DNA from: Podarcis bocagei
Lineage: Eukaryota
Assembly: GCA_964188305.1 (NCBI GenBank)
Contig: OZ076890.1
DNA: 64,000 bases
Strand: one strand, 5' to 3'
Shown here: positions 51,771 to 64,000 of the stretch, piece after piece
Position numbering within the stretch: the stretch's first letter is position 1
Layout of the letters: the number at the start of each line of letters is the position of its first letter
The notes under the pieces: model-generated
The model's input: only the letters and a program-made list of their open reading frames with translations
Told to the model about the DNA's origin: nothing
The model's database searches: none
Position numbers and translations under genes: made by a program

Positions 51771-53178
51771 CTGAGCTATGGGGACAATCAGAGCATTAGT
51801 TTCTGAGAAATTTACCCCCCCCCAAAAAAAAAAAAAATCCACCAAAATTATCTTAATAAACACCACCACACCTTTTCCCACTGTGTCTTTTCTGCCAAAA
51901 ATGAAGTTGCTTTTCCTTCTCCTGCATACCAAATTGAGTTAAAATCTTTTAACTCCATCTTGAGCTATCATGACCACATGACACACATTTTTAGAACTAT
52001 CAAAATGCCAGGCCATTTTATCCTCTTCAAAATAACATTTTATTCAACAAGAAATCAATACTTTTCTTTTTATTATTTCATGTGCATGGAATTACCGTAC
52101 TCAAGAGCCTAATGTGCATGAACTAACATATGTTCATTAGAAGCAAAAAAAAAAAAAAAAAACAGGAAAAGACATTGATTTAATCTCCTGGGCAGTAATA
52201 GACAAGACTGCTCAAGCATGCCATGTCAAATGCCAGCTCTTCTCAAAATTTCTCAAAAGTTTCTCAAAAATTTCTCAAAAAATTTCTCTTCTCAAAAGTT
52301 TACTGCCACCAAGCCATTCCATCCACAGACTGGGCCAGTCCTAGACTAAATGGTACCCGGGGAAAGAAACAGATTTGGTGTGCCTTTCTGAATACCTTCT
52401 TTTAATGCATTTGTTGCCCGTTTAATAAATTTGATGCACCATTTGTAGACAACATTTATCATTGGCAATAAAATTTGCAGGAAAGGATCTGATCACAGAT
52501 GACTCACACAGTTTTGTTTTTTTTTAAATGGGCATAGACGTACATTTCTCATGGATTGAAACAAAAAAGAGTTGTAATGAAATCATGACCGTACTGGTTT
52601 GTGTTGCCAGCTTTATAACAGTGATTATGAGCTGTCTGTATTATTGTTTCAGCTATTGAGCGGATAGGCCATGACAAGCACCCCGTCTGCTCAGCACCCT
52701 AGGCAGTTGTCTGGGTTGCCTGCCCCTAAATTTAAATGAGTGGCTTTCAAATGATCGCTGGCTCCACATCCAGTGCACTCCTACAGCTAATGCTTAAAGC
52801 CGCATTCACACAATGTTAGCCACAATCCATACTGATCCTGCAGTTTCTTGACAAATACTGCTATTTTTCCCCTCAAACCAGGTTCACTCCGATTAGAAAA
52901 CTTGGATGCAGTGGAAGCAGCAAAGTGAACATACCCAGCAGCCATCACACAGGCACAGAGTACAGTTTAATGAGTAGAAGTTTGTGGGGTTGCAGAGGTG
53001 GGGAAACAAAAAATGTCCCGTGTATCAGGTGGAGAAATCCCTGTCCCCTCTCTGATGTGAAATGACTCCATGCAAATGCAACCTGAAACGCAGAGGGGGG
53101 GGTCACCTCGCTGCATTTTAAGCCACTAATGGGAACCCTTCGTTTCCATTTGAAAATGATTCTGTCCATGGATTGCAT

Positions 53179-53780
53179 TGTTACATGCTACCCAAATCTC
53201 CAAACGGTGCAAGATTTCAGGGGTCCAGGCACTTACCCAGGATTCATGCTTTCCTTGGAAATGAGGCACAGTGGAGACTGTGGTATCTTTATGATATAGG
53301 GTTTATTTACACTCACACATGTATAACCTGAGCCTGGTATAGAGAGGTTCCTATCATTACACTCCATGTGGGTCCTGCAATGTTGGAGTCGAACTGTCAG
53401 CCCACATTGTGTTGTGACCATCCCCACCCCTCCCGGTTCTCCATCCTGCTGTGTTTAACAGACCAAAACAATTTTCCTCCAGCCCACATCAGGCAAACTT
53501 CAATCCTAAAACTAAACTCTCCTTGTCTCTGCCAACTATCTCCCTCTGAGCTCAGGCAGGGGCTGCTTCCAAGAGCCATCTAGCTTAATGGCCCATCATC
53601 CTGCCATTGGTTAGGTCAGCAACTTGGCCATTACTAAGTAATGACCTCATGAAGAAGCTGGTCTGTGTTATTTTTGACACCAAGAATTCAGATGTATGCT
53701 TAAATTTGAATGCTCTGCTGAATCCAGAGATTTAGGGGAGTCTGACCCCCTTCCAAAAAATCCCACAACCTCATAACAAT
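53179..53780 (-). mobile_element. Solo LTR-like repeat (right boundary approximate)
   Basis: Reverse-complement homology to 16890-17044 (aataaacc..aaaga.accacagtct..ccaaggaaa..cctgggta..tgca). Confidence 0.55.
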
Positions 53781-56115
53781 ATGCTTGATATCAGGCACAT
53801 CCCCACATAGCGCAACACAACCAATACCACAATTCTGCTACAATCTAAAAGCAGGACATAACCAGCATGCGGAACAAATAACTCAATTGTCAATCACAAA
53901 TATAGGGCTGGTACAACCAAAGGACCCACACAAACACAAACAATGGATAAGATAATCACTCACTTTTTCCCTACTTCCCTACTACAACCAGTGTGGTACA
54001 GTATAGTGGTGTGTGGTGGGGAGTGAGACACCATGTCAACGACCTTGAGCTCTTTGGAAGAAAGACTGGATACAAATGTAAAAAATTAAACAAAACAAAA
54101 CCATACATAACATATACCCTTTCCCCTGCAATCTTTCTCTCAGTACAAGATGATGGAGGGGAAAACAACACAAAAACACTGTTGACGTGTCCTCAGTTTC
54201 TAAGGTTTCCAAAGTCATTTAGCTGGCCATTTTTCCAAACAAAGCATTGACTAGCTGGTGACATGACATATGATATCTCCAATTTCAAAAAATTAGCTAA
54301 AGACAAGAAAATGTGTATGAAATAAAGCAGGCACATTATGATTTTCAATACTGATTTTCACTTTTCTCTTCTTGATTCTAAAGCGTGCGGCAAAGAAGTT
54401 CGAGAATTAAATGTAATCAGGAATTCATTTCTTGAAACTGAACTATTATCTTGAATTCATTTCTTAAAACTGAACTGAACTCATCAAACAGCAGAAAATA
54501 AGTTAGGTAGCAATCCTATATACATTTACCTGGGAGTAAGTCCCATTGAACTCAGTTGGGCTTTTTTCTAAGCAGGTATAGGATTGCATTGTTTGACTTT
54601 GTTCCTGGATAAACCTACACTGTAGTTAATGCACTGCTCTTTTTAAATCCCACAAAAATGCAGTGGGAATACTCAGTTTAAAATCTAGGATCAGAGGAAT
54701 GAAATGAATCTCAGCAGGAAATGCAGCACATCGTTTCTGCTGAAGTAATATAAAGCTGAGAATAAAATCAACTATGCATTTTACCTGCGTTCAAACATTC
54801 AATAATCCTTTGTTGAATATAGTGCTGGTCAGAATGGTAATACAAAAGCCCATAAACAGTTAATTATTTTCTTCTGGAATAACTAAAGTTAAACACAAAG
54901 TAGTTTTCAAAACTGGAAAATTTTAACTTTGTTAATATTTCTCAAAACTTCTGACATATTAAGTTGATTTCAATGAAAGCCTGCTGTCTCCCTTTGTACA
55001 GTAAAGAGGATTTTTCGTGTTCTGAATATGTCTATTGGTTTGGTAAAAGAAGGAGAAGCAAAAAAGAAATTGAAAGCAAAAGACATAGAGTAACTCTCTC
55101 ATTCATATTCATAAGACATATATAAAAGAAAGCACACAGAAAAACAGACCCTTTCTTTAGAGAGACAGCAAAGCATGTCAACTTGCTGATGGCAACTGAG
55201 GCCACCAAATTTCTATCAGCTCTATCTATATTCTGTCCAAATTTCTATCAGCTCTATAACTCACCCCATGGTGCCGAGGCCAGCTCTGCAGCTGCAACAA
55301 AACCCAGAACTCTCTGATTTTGCCACTCCACCCCATGCCATACTGATTCTTACTACAGGGAAGCAAGTATGAGCTCAAGCTTCCTGGTTTGTCTCTCTCC
55401 AAGCAAAACAGGAATGGCAAGTTGGTTATGTTGGTGTCAGCAGAAGCAAAGTCATCTTTCTCCAGGACCCTCTCAGCATTAAGCATTGTCTGGACTAGGA
55501 TGCAGGAGGAAAATAGCACCTACTTCCCCAAGCTCCAGTATCTCTCTCCATTAAGGATGGCTCAGAGGAACCCAGAGATGGAAGTGGGCCCTCAACCCAT
55601 TAACTGGTCCAGTGGTGGGCTTGCCCATGTGCAGTAGATAGACTTTTCTCCCCTGTTGCTATCATGGGGTGCTAGTAGAGTTATGGTGCGGCACAGCCTT
55701 TGCTAGCCTGATGGAAGCTGCAGTACAAAACATCTGGAGGGTACCAGCTTCCTGAAGAGCCAGCAGAACAGTTCCCAGAATTCTCTGAAACAGAGGCTCC
55801 AAGGTAGCAAACAAGTTCATGCAGAAAGTGTCTTCTGAGCCCTGTAAATTAGCTGGTGGGTTATTACGTGGATGTTTGTGTTATCAATGTAGATTTAGGG
55901 TGGTCACTGTAATCATTTACATTTTACATACATTTAAGCTTTACACATGATTATCAGAGCCTTGTTTGTTGCATTCATTTCCTCCTGACCTCACTTCTTG
56001 CATGTGTGTGTTTATTTACAGATAGAGATTTATTTCAAACACACACACCTGCCAGTTTAGGATAACACTTCCTGAGTCTGATCTGATAATATGGACTCTA
56101 GAATACAAAAGCTTG

Positions 56116-58185
56116 GAGGACTTCCGGGGTGGTGCCTCCGGCGATGGCGGACTCCCTCTGAACTGGAGGGACAAGCTCCGCACGAAACGGGTCTTTTCCT
56201 CTGCGGCGTAGCCGGGACCCTTCTGAAAATCACAGGCGGATGAAGCCTGTGACCGTGGAACTCGGCGGGCACCTTTAGCGCCCCCCCAACCCACTAAGGA
56301 ACCCAGAAACGGGCTCCGAAGTGAAGAGGGGGAAGTGGCGCGGTGCTGTGAGTCGATTGCTTTTTCTGCGGAGTGAAGCTGCACAGCCGTTGCCGGAGAG
56401 CACTGCCTTTTTCCTGGGACAATTTGGCATTGAAAATAACTAACCGTGAGTACTGGAACGTTAAATACCTGGATTTTAAACAAGAATTGGTGAAACAAAA
56501 GGAACTTGGACTCTAAAATTTACCCTAATTTGGTACTGAAACGGAAGGGGTTAAACAGGAAGTCACCCTTCCGTTCTTTTGTAGTTATAACAAAGCAAAG
56601 ACAATGTAAACTAGAGCCTTAAAAATCACTTTTAAAGGATCGTCTCTCATCATTCAAAATTGTGGAACCCCCCTTCGGAAGCAGGAGAAGAAGGGGGACG
56701 TTTACTGAGTTGTTTAAACCTGCGGAAATAAAGTTAAAGTAAAGTAATTTTCCACTGTCCTGACCCTGGAGCGGGGTGTCAGATTTGATGATTGAAGCTC
56801 ATTAACCAGAAACAAATGTTTTGACAGATAGTTAAAAGGAGGGAAATATTGTGACTCCATTGTTTCCTTTCGTCTATGGACAAAATATCTTAAAGAAGAA
56901 ACTTTGTCGCTATTGTTTCCAAGGAAAAGGACAATCTGAAGTTTTTCCCCCTAGAGGGGAACTATGAAACTGTAACTAAGTCCTGGGAACTTGCGGCTAT
57001 TACTGATTACAACTGTGGGAAAGAATTCTGTGACCTTGCAGGACAATGCCTTCAGAAGCACTGTTGGGTGCTTTCTGTAAAATAAGTGCCCTACTGGATC
57101 AGTTAAGTCAGAAGATGGACTTTATGACTAATGCGGCCAGAACCTTCGAACAGCTAGTGGGAAATCATATGGAGCCCACCGAGGAACCAAAACAGGAGCG
57201 TGCCATGACAGAACAACTGAAAGAAGAGGACTTGCTGAATCTGGGACGCCTGGGATGGAGGGACTTTTGGCCCAGCAGGAAAATGAGCCTTTGGATCTTA
57301 TAATTGAACTTGGAAAAAACCAGATTTGGAAAGATAAAGTTTGGATTGAACTGGAAATCGGGGGTTGGACTGACCCCCCTTTGCAGGGATGGTTGGACTT
57401 TCCAAGTCTGGTAATGGGCCATCAGAGGTTTGGAGTTGTTGGGACTTTTAATTTTGGAGGGAATTTGATATATGTTTCTAAACAACACGTGGAGCTTAGT
57501 CTGGACTGTGAGAAAAGGGCTGATTTGCTGAAAAGGGTCAAAAACACTATTAAGCTGGAGTTCCCGCGAGTGAAAGGAAAATATGAAGAAGAGCCGCGAA
57601 AGGGACATGGAAGAGATTTAAAGGCCTTGGATATAAGAGCACCAGATTAATGGGCCATACTAATGGGACAAGAAAAGACTGACAATCCCGGGACCGGGGG
57701 GAGGGGACGCTGGAAGAAGATTGGATTGCTTTTATTTTATTGTATCTTTTCTATATTATTACTACTAGAAATGTTTTATGAATTTTGGGGAAATGTTGAG
57801 ATGAAATTACTTGGCTCTTGTAAAAATGTCTAAAGAATCTGGCAAAAAGGTAATGGTTATGAGAAGTTGGCAAAAAAGATTTAAGTTTTAAGTTCTAAGG
57901 TCGTTTTTATAAGATAAGATGATAATAGAGTAAGGTAACGTAAGGATAAAATATTATGAATTATGGAAAGGATTTGCTGTGACAATTATTAACTAAGATA
58001 CAAGAGATGGGAGGAGGAGGAAGTCATGGAAAGAAGGTAACGGAAATTGGAGAATCTGAAAGTGATGGTTTTATTTTCTCTTTTTCTTTTTGTGTTTTTG
58101 TTTTTTCTCTTTTTTGTAATGTTGTTTCTTTTTCTGTGTAATTTTAAATTTTTTTGTGTTTCAATAAATATTACTTTAAAAAAAA
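56116..58185 (+). mobile_element. 2.07-kb non-autonomous L1-like retroposon (no RT or endonuclease recognised)
   Basis: 17-bp TSD tagaatacaaaagcttg (56099-56115, 58186-58202). CpG-rich 5' end gaggacttccgg..gatggcgg, a T-rich 3' region, AATAAA and a poly(A) tail. Two overlapping short ORFs at 57046-57303 and 57255-57650. Confidence 0.85.
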
Positions 58186-59179
58186 TAGAATACAAAAGCT
58201 TGTGCCACAATAAACATGTTTGCTTTAAAAGTACCACACTCCATGTTGGGTTTGCTCTAAGCCAGAAATAGCTGCTCGTCCACACTACCTTGCCATCTCA
58301 ACTGTCCATCATTCCCATTCATACTTAGACACCCTAATCCAGCTCCATTGACTGACACTGAAGTTCCTGTCAGTTCAAGATGACTTGTCAGTCAGGACCA
58401 ATTCATCTAATGATTTTTACTGGCAGTTAAGCACAACTAATTCTATTTGGAGCCAGCAGGTGTGCATGTGCAGCCAGCCACATCTCTCTCTGTGTGTGTG
58501 GTGTGTTTCCCCCCCCCCCCTTAAAAGTTGGCTTTCAATAACCAGAGAGGCAACAAACCCCCTTTCCCCTCCCTGCCCCACAAACCTCAGATTTCCCACG
58601 TGCAAATAAAAGAATGGAATTGCAGAGTTGGAAGGGACCCCGAGGGCCATCTGGTCCAACAGGAATAACAATAACAACATGAAATAAGTTTCCCAAACTT
58701 AAACCAGGCTTGCTGTTTGTTTGTTGACAGAACCTCTGTGTTTTTAACAGAACAAACGAATGAATCTTTATTTGCGTCAGCCATCGGCCATAGCAATAAA
58801 ACAACAATACGATATACAAAGAATAGAAATAAAAAGTCAATTATATAAAATACATTTTAGGGTTTTGAATCAATAGTCAAATAGTGGATCTTATTCTGAT
58901 TGCCCCAGCTAAAAACTTTGCAACCTTTGCTGTCACCTGCTCATCTTGATCTGCCAAGAGAAAGGACACTATGATAGTGGTTGGGCGACCCGGAATGGAC
59001 AACAAAAGTGTTTTAGACAGAAATTCAGCTGGTGAAAACCTTCATGCCAAGTCTGTCTGCCATGCACCTGTAAGGAAGCCTCTTCCTCTCTCTCCCACAC
59101 CCCAACAGAAATGGCTTTTGTGTGAAAAGCACACGGTTTCGCCTTTTTAAAGGATAAGGAAACATATATATTTATATAC

Positions 59180-59780
59180 CTTCATGTCTCGGGAGTGAAG
59201 CTAGGTTTCAGGGAACGAGCTAGATGGTTTTCCCGGCTGCTTAACGGGTCCTCAGCTGCTTATGCGCTCCGCCTCTATGGCAAAGCGAACATTTCCCTCG
59301 GAGGCTTAAAATTTCTGCCGGCAGAAGCTCCCCCCGCCCCAAACCCGTCACCGCCACGCGCTGCCTCTCCAGCCAAAAGGGAAAGTTTCACAACGAAGCT
59401 CGAGGTCTTCGGGGATTCTTTCCTCCCCACCCCCACCCCCACCCCCGCACGCCCCGATATCATTATCGCCTGTGATTCAGTCTGAGTTGCCTGGTTGGTG
59501 TTGCAATGGTTAAAAGGGGGAGGGGTGAAAGGGGAATGTCGTGACGTGAGAGAGGAAGTCGGGGTGGAGGGACGAGAGTTGCAGCTCGGACTTTTTCGGC
59601 ATGGAGGAAATTCCCTCGCTGGGCGAGCCGGTCACCGGGACGTTCCCCACCCCGCTGAGTTGCCGGAAAACCCGGACCGGTGCCCTGACGACGGAGAGGA
59701 CTGGTAGTCAAGGCTCCAGGGGTGCTTTTGTTGTTGTCTTCAATGCAAATAGCGCTGCACACCGTTCGTTAAGGGCAGTC
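59180..59780. promoter_or_regulatory. Distal CpG island with kappaB motifs; probable upstream NFKBIZ promoter or enhancer
   Basis: CpG-rich, no TE hallmarks seen. GGAAATTCCC at 59606-59615, GGGACGTTCC at 59637-59646, plus TGACG, GGAAGT and TTGCAAT motifs. Confidence 0.65.
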
Positions 59781-59899
59781 AAAAGATCTGTTTGTTTTTA
59801 GAGACCTGCACGAAGTTCTTTATGAAAACCGGAGTCCTTTCGCTTTCCGTTTTGGATGGACTTTTGCTTTCTGTGGGAATGGTAACTTTCCTAGGCCAG

Positions 59900-59901
<2 letters not shown>

Positions 59902-59953
<52 letters not shown>
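59902..59953. repeat. (TG)n microsatellite
   Basis: Read directly. Confidence 0.95.
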
Positions 59954-59954
<1 letters not shown>

Positions 59955-61098
59955 AGCAAGGATCCACTGTGTATTTAGGAATGTTTAGTCTCTCCTCTCC
60001 AGCCAAGGTTGTCAACATGGTCAATAGGCTGGTCAGGGAAGGAGTGCATTTACTGGTTTTGAGACTATGCTTCCAGAGCAAGGAGTAAATATCCTGAAAA
60101 TATTCTGTTTGATTTTTGAAACTAAAATAAAGTAACTCTGACCTTGGCAGTGACAAAACCTGGCCCAACAGGGGATAAAATAAAGTTGTGATCATTTTCT
60201 TCAGGCAATTGCCTCAATCTATCTATCTAAAGCCACCTACGTGTAGTGTGGTCAAGTATTGCTTTGGAATACCTTGCGATATATGGTGCTCTCTCATTCG
60301 TACCTTTACACTTCTGTATAAAATTCAGCACATCTCTACGACCCACTGGGCTTTTGATTTAAGCAGTCCCCCTCTCTCCCTTAAGGGTTCGTAACACTGA
60401 GAAGCCTTGTACAGAAGCTGACAGATAGCCAGCCAGGACTGGGGATGAGGACATGTGGGAAAGACCAATGCACTATGAAGTTACTACCAAAACAGGAAGA
60501 GGGACAGGTGTGAATGGGCCCAGTTCCTGTACCACAAGACTCAGGCCCAGCCCTACTCATCCGCTGACTGAGGGCTGATGGTCATCCCCAATCTCAGTAC
60601 GGCAGCAATGATGTCCTGGGGTGCTTTGCTCACTTCTCTCAACCGGACAGTGACATGCGGGCAACCATAAAGGCCTTTCACGTCACAGGGCTCAGATAAA
60701 CAGCGCAAGAAACACGAGCCCTTTCTTAAAAGTTCAGCCGTTGAAGGCACCTGCATGGCTTAGGGGATCTGACTCATTTTGAGTTGGTGGATATCACAAA
60801 TCTATCTCCAACTTAGCTCTCTAGATTCCAGAGCAGTTACCAAGCAGGATGTTCTGCCCCAGGGAGGCCAGGTCTGCCTACATTTCCATCAGCAGTTCTG
60901 TACCTCTGGGAAGATATTCATGAGCGCTGGATTGGAGCCAGTAGGTTTGAATGGATGAAACTGTCAGATGCGTGTGCTAGAGAGCTAGGGAAATGGATAC
61001 ACTCATTTAATTTTATTTATTAAGTATATTTATATCTCACCTTATCCATCATATGCCGTTTCAAGATGGGTTTAAGCAGTAGGGAAAGGATTGGCATA

Positions 61099-61313
61099 CA
61101 GTGGTACCTTGGGTTACAGACACTTCAGGTTACAGACTCCACTAACTCAGAAATAGTACCTTGGGTTAAGAACTTTGCTTCAGGATGAGAACAGAAATCG
61201 TGCAGCGGCCATGGGAGGCCCCATTAGCTAAAGTGGTACCTCAGGTTAAGAACGGTTTCAGGTTAAGAACGGACCTCCGGAACGAATTAAGTTATTAACC
61301 TAAGGTATCATTG
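61099..61313. mobile_element. Tigger/pogo-like MITE
   Basis: TA-cagtggtacctt..aaggtatcattg-TA; internal ggtta(a/c)aga repeats. Confidence 0.8.
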
Positions 61314-62169
61314 TATTAGAATTAGACTTGCTCAACTAAGAACTTGCCAGTGACCGAAATCTTCAACCAGTTTACATTAAAGCTAGAGTTAAAAGTATGA
61401 AGATTTCCAGCAACATGGTTTTCAAAGCTTACTGGATAAAATATCCATGGCAACTGGGGTATACGTGTGCATAATCACACTTACGTTGGGGTGTACCATA
61501 CCAGCTTGAGCAAGCAGCCACAGAATTTTACAGCCTACTAGCATCTACACAGGCTTGAATACATCTCCTGAGCCAGTTTTTGCAGAATGAGCGCCAACGC
61601 CAGGGGCCAGAGGCAGATGCATGAATTCATTGTGGAGCCTCTTCCCTGGGACTTCCCTCCGCCTCCTGCCTCAGCACTGCCTACAGCAGATACTGTGGGC
61701 ATGAAGCAAGCATGTGTCAACCTCTGCCCTCTCCTGCCTGAGTAAGCGGAAAGATGCCCAAGATTGCTGCTACCCCTTCGCAAAGATGATCGTTTTGAAA
61801 CTTTCCACGTAGCCAGGAAACGTTGAGTGGGTGAAGCCTTCCCGTTCTCTCTCGAGAGATGCTATATAATTACATCATCGGATTGTGTCGATGCACAACA
61901 CCGCCGGCCTTGATCGCTTTAAGCTACTTGTTCCACGGAGCAGATACATTTCATCATTTGCAGTCCAGTCCTATGCAGCTAGGTGTGCCTGTCCACTGAA
62001 GTCAGCTGCCTTAGGGATGCCTTGCTCTACGCAGGATTAAAATGTTCAAGACAATCCTGCACACATTGTTGTGGGAGTAAGCTTCGAGCTCAGTAAGGAA
62101 ATACAGAAAGGATTAGACTACAAGAGTGCATTACACATGTTAAAGGCAGATCCTGAAATAAGTGCGTTT

Positions 62170-62447
62170 GCTATGGCCAGCAATTTGGATGGCTTTAAAG
62201 GGGGATTAGGCGAATTCAGGGAGGATAAGACTATCAATGACTATTTGCCATGACGGCTGCCTCCACGGTAAGAGGCAGCAATGCTTCTGAATACCAGTTG
62301 CTAGAAACCACAGGAGAGGATAGGGCGCTTGTGCGCATGTCCTGCTTGTGAGCTTTCCATCGGCTTCTGGTTGGCCGCTGTGAGAACAGGATGCTGGACT
62401 AGATGGGCCATTGGCCTGATCCAGCAGGATCTCCTTACATTCTTATG
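62170..62447 (+). mobile_element. CR1-type LINE 3' end
   Basis: MASNLDGFKGGLGEF.. followed by ggactagatgggcc..ttcttatg tail. Relatives at about 22045-22140, 23610-23790, 43700-43795 and 49340-49590. Confidence 0.75.
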
Positions 62448-62832
62448 AGCCAGGAAGGATCTAAAATGACTACCCACTGAGTATTGATCAATACAGTGAC
62501 TGGGAAGAATATGTGTTGGGGGACTGTGAATCAAATTCTGAGAGCAGAACACAATGTGCCCAGTTGGGCAGTTCCAAACCAGTTAAGGGCTCCTCCAGGT
62601 GTTCTGTTTATTGAGCATTCATCACATGCTTGCACAAGGTTTGATTGAATATGTTTGTGATTGACTATTCATTCTGATACGTCTTCTGGGAAGTTGTATA
62701 ACAATGAGCATTTATTATGCTCAAGCATGCTGACTTGCTTGTGGGCTGTTCTCCCCATTAATCTTTCGTTCATTCCACACTTTTGAATGCGTTTTGCTGT
62801 TCCTTTCCAAACCATAAAAACTCGGGGGGTGG

Positions 62833-63698
62833 GGGGGTTGGGCTGGGTGTTCATCAGTATGCGGATGATACCCAGCTCTACCTCTCTTTCAAATCAGAAC
62901 CAGTGAAGGCGGTGAAGGTCCTGTGTGAGTGTCTGGAGGCGGTTGGAGGATGGATGGCGGCAAACAGATTGAGATTGAATCCTGACAAGACAGAAGTACT
63001 GTTTCTGGGGGACAGGAGGCGGGCAGGTGTGGAGGATTCCCTGGTCCTGAATGGGGTAACTGTGCCCCTGAAGGACCAGGTGCGCAGCCTGGGAGTCATT
63101 TTGGACTCACAGCTGTCCATGGAGGCACAGGTTAAATCCGTGTCCAGGGCAGCTGTGTACCAGCTCCATCTGGTACGTAGGCTGAGACCCTACCTGCCCG
63201 TGGACTGCCTCGCCAGAGTGATGCATGCTCTGGTTATCTCCCGCTTGGACTACTGCAATGCGCTCTATGTGGGGCTACCTTTGAAGGTGACCCGGAAACT
63301 ACAACTAATCCAGAATGCAGCAGCCAGACTGGTGACTGGGAGCGGCCGCCAAGACCATATAACACCGGTCTTGAAAGACCTACATTGGCTCCCAGTACGT
63401 TTCCGAGCACAATTCAAAGTGTTGGTGCTGACCTTTAAAGCCCTAAACGGCCTCGGTCCAGTATACCTGAAGGAGCGTCTCCACCTCCATCGTTCTACCC
63501 GGACACTGAGGTCCAGCACCGAGGGCCTTCTGGCGGTTCCCTCACTGCGAGAAGCCAAGTTACAGGGAACCAGGCAGAGGGCCTTCTCGGTAGTGGCGCC
63601 CTCTCTGTGGAACGCCCTCCCACCAGATGTCAAAGAGAACAACAACTACCAGACTTTAAGAAGACATCTGAAGGCAGCCCTGTTTAGGGAAGCTTTTA
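62833..63698 (+). mobile_element. 5'-truncated L2 LINE (RT C-terminal part, frame still open)
   Basis: HQYADDTQLY..WMAANRLRLNPDKTE..SRLDYCNALY..QNAAARL..LHWLPV..RAFSVVAPSLWNALP. Confidence 0.93.
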
Positions 63699-63958
63699 GA
63701 AGAAGAAGAAGAGAAGAAGAGTTTGGATTTGATATCCCGCCTTTCACTCCCCTTCAGGAGTCTCAAAGCGGCTAACAATCTCCTTTCCCTTCCTCCCCCA
63801 CAACAAACACTCTGTGAGGTGAGTGGGGCTGAGAGACTTCAGAGAAGTGTGACTGGCCCAAGGTCACCCAGCAGCTGCAGGTGGAAGAGCGGAGACGCGA
63901 ACCCGGTTCCCCAGATTACGAGACTACCGCTCTTAACCACTACACCACACTGGCTCTC
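63699..63958 (-). mobile_element. Squam3-type (MIR/Ther-1-related) SINE inserted in the L2 3' end
   Basis: Minus strand gagagccagtgtggtgtagtggttaagagc..gggttcg..gggtgaccttgggccagtcac (CORE-like), with a (ctt)n tail. Confidence 0.8.
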
Positions 63959-64000
63959 TACACCACACTGGCTCTCTAACATTTTAATGTTTGATGTATC

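Noticed and set aside
52240-55258. Short tandem or direct repeats (ttctcaaaa at ~52240-52280; gaattcatttctt.aaactgaact at ~54421-54480; caaatttctatcagctctat at ~55207-55258) as an array-like system
   Set aside because: Only 2-5 copies each and typical of local slippage duplications; no CRISPR-like repeat-spacer structure.

Overview
Vertebrate genomic DNA, almost certainly from a lacertid lizard (Sauria/Squam1 and Squam3 SINEs, BovB, L2, CR1 and Penelope repeats). The one host gene is NFKBIZ (IkappaB-zeta) on the minus strand. I mapped it by hand as 12 coding exons with GT-AG introns and consistent phases (ATG at 36352, TAA at 24922-24924, 2097 nt, 698 aa). It has a TATA/GC-box/GAS-like CpG-island promoter, a second kappaB-rich CpG island about 23 kb upstream (probable distal promoter), and a cluster of Regnase-1/Roquin-type stem-loops in the proximal 3'UTR. 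The most notable observation is at the left end (about 1-4380, minus strand). Once three TE insertions are removed, fragments in shifting frames line up in order with motifs of a paramyxovirus-like (Mononegavirales) L polymerase. This suggests a heavily decayed endogenous RNA-virus element that continues past the window edge; the call rests on manual comparison with recalled L sequences and needs a profile search. Also present are a Penelope element with a minimal hammerhead ribozyme, a 2.07-kb TSD-flanked L1-like element lacking RT, and many MITEs, SINEs and LINE fragments.
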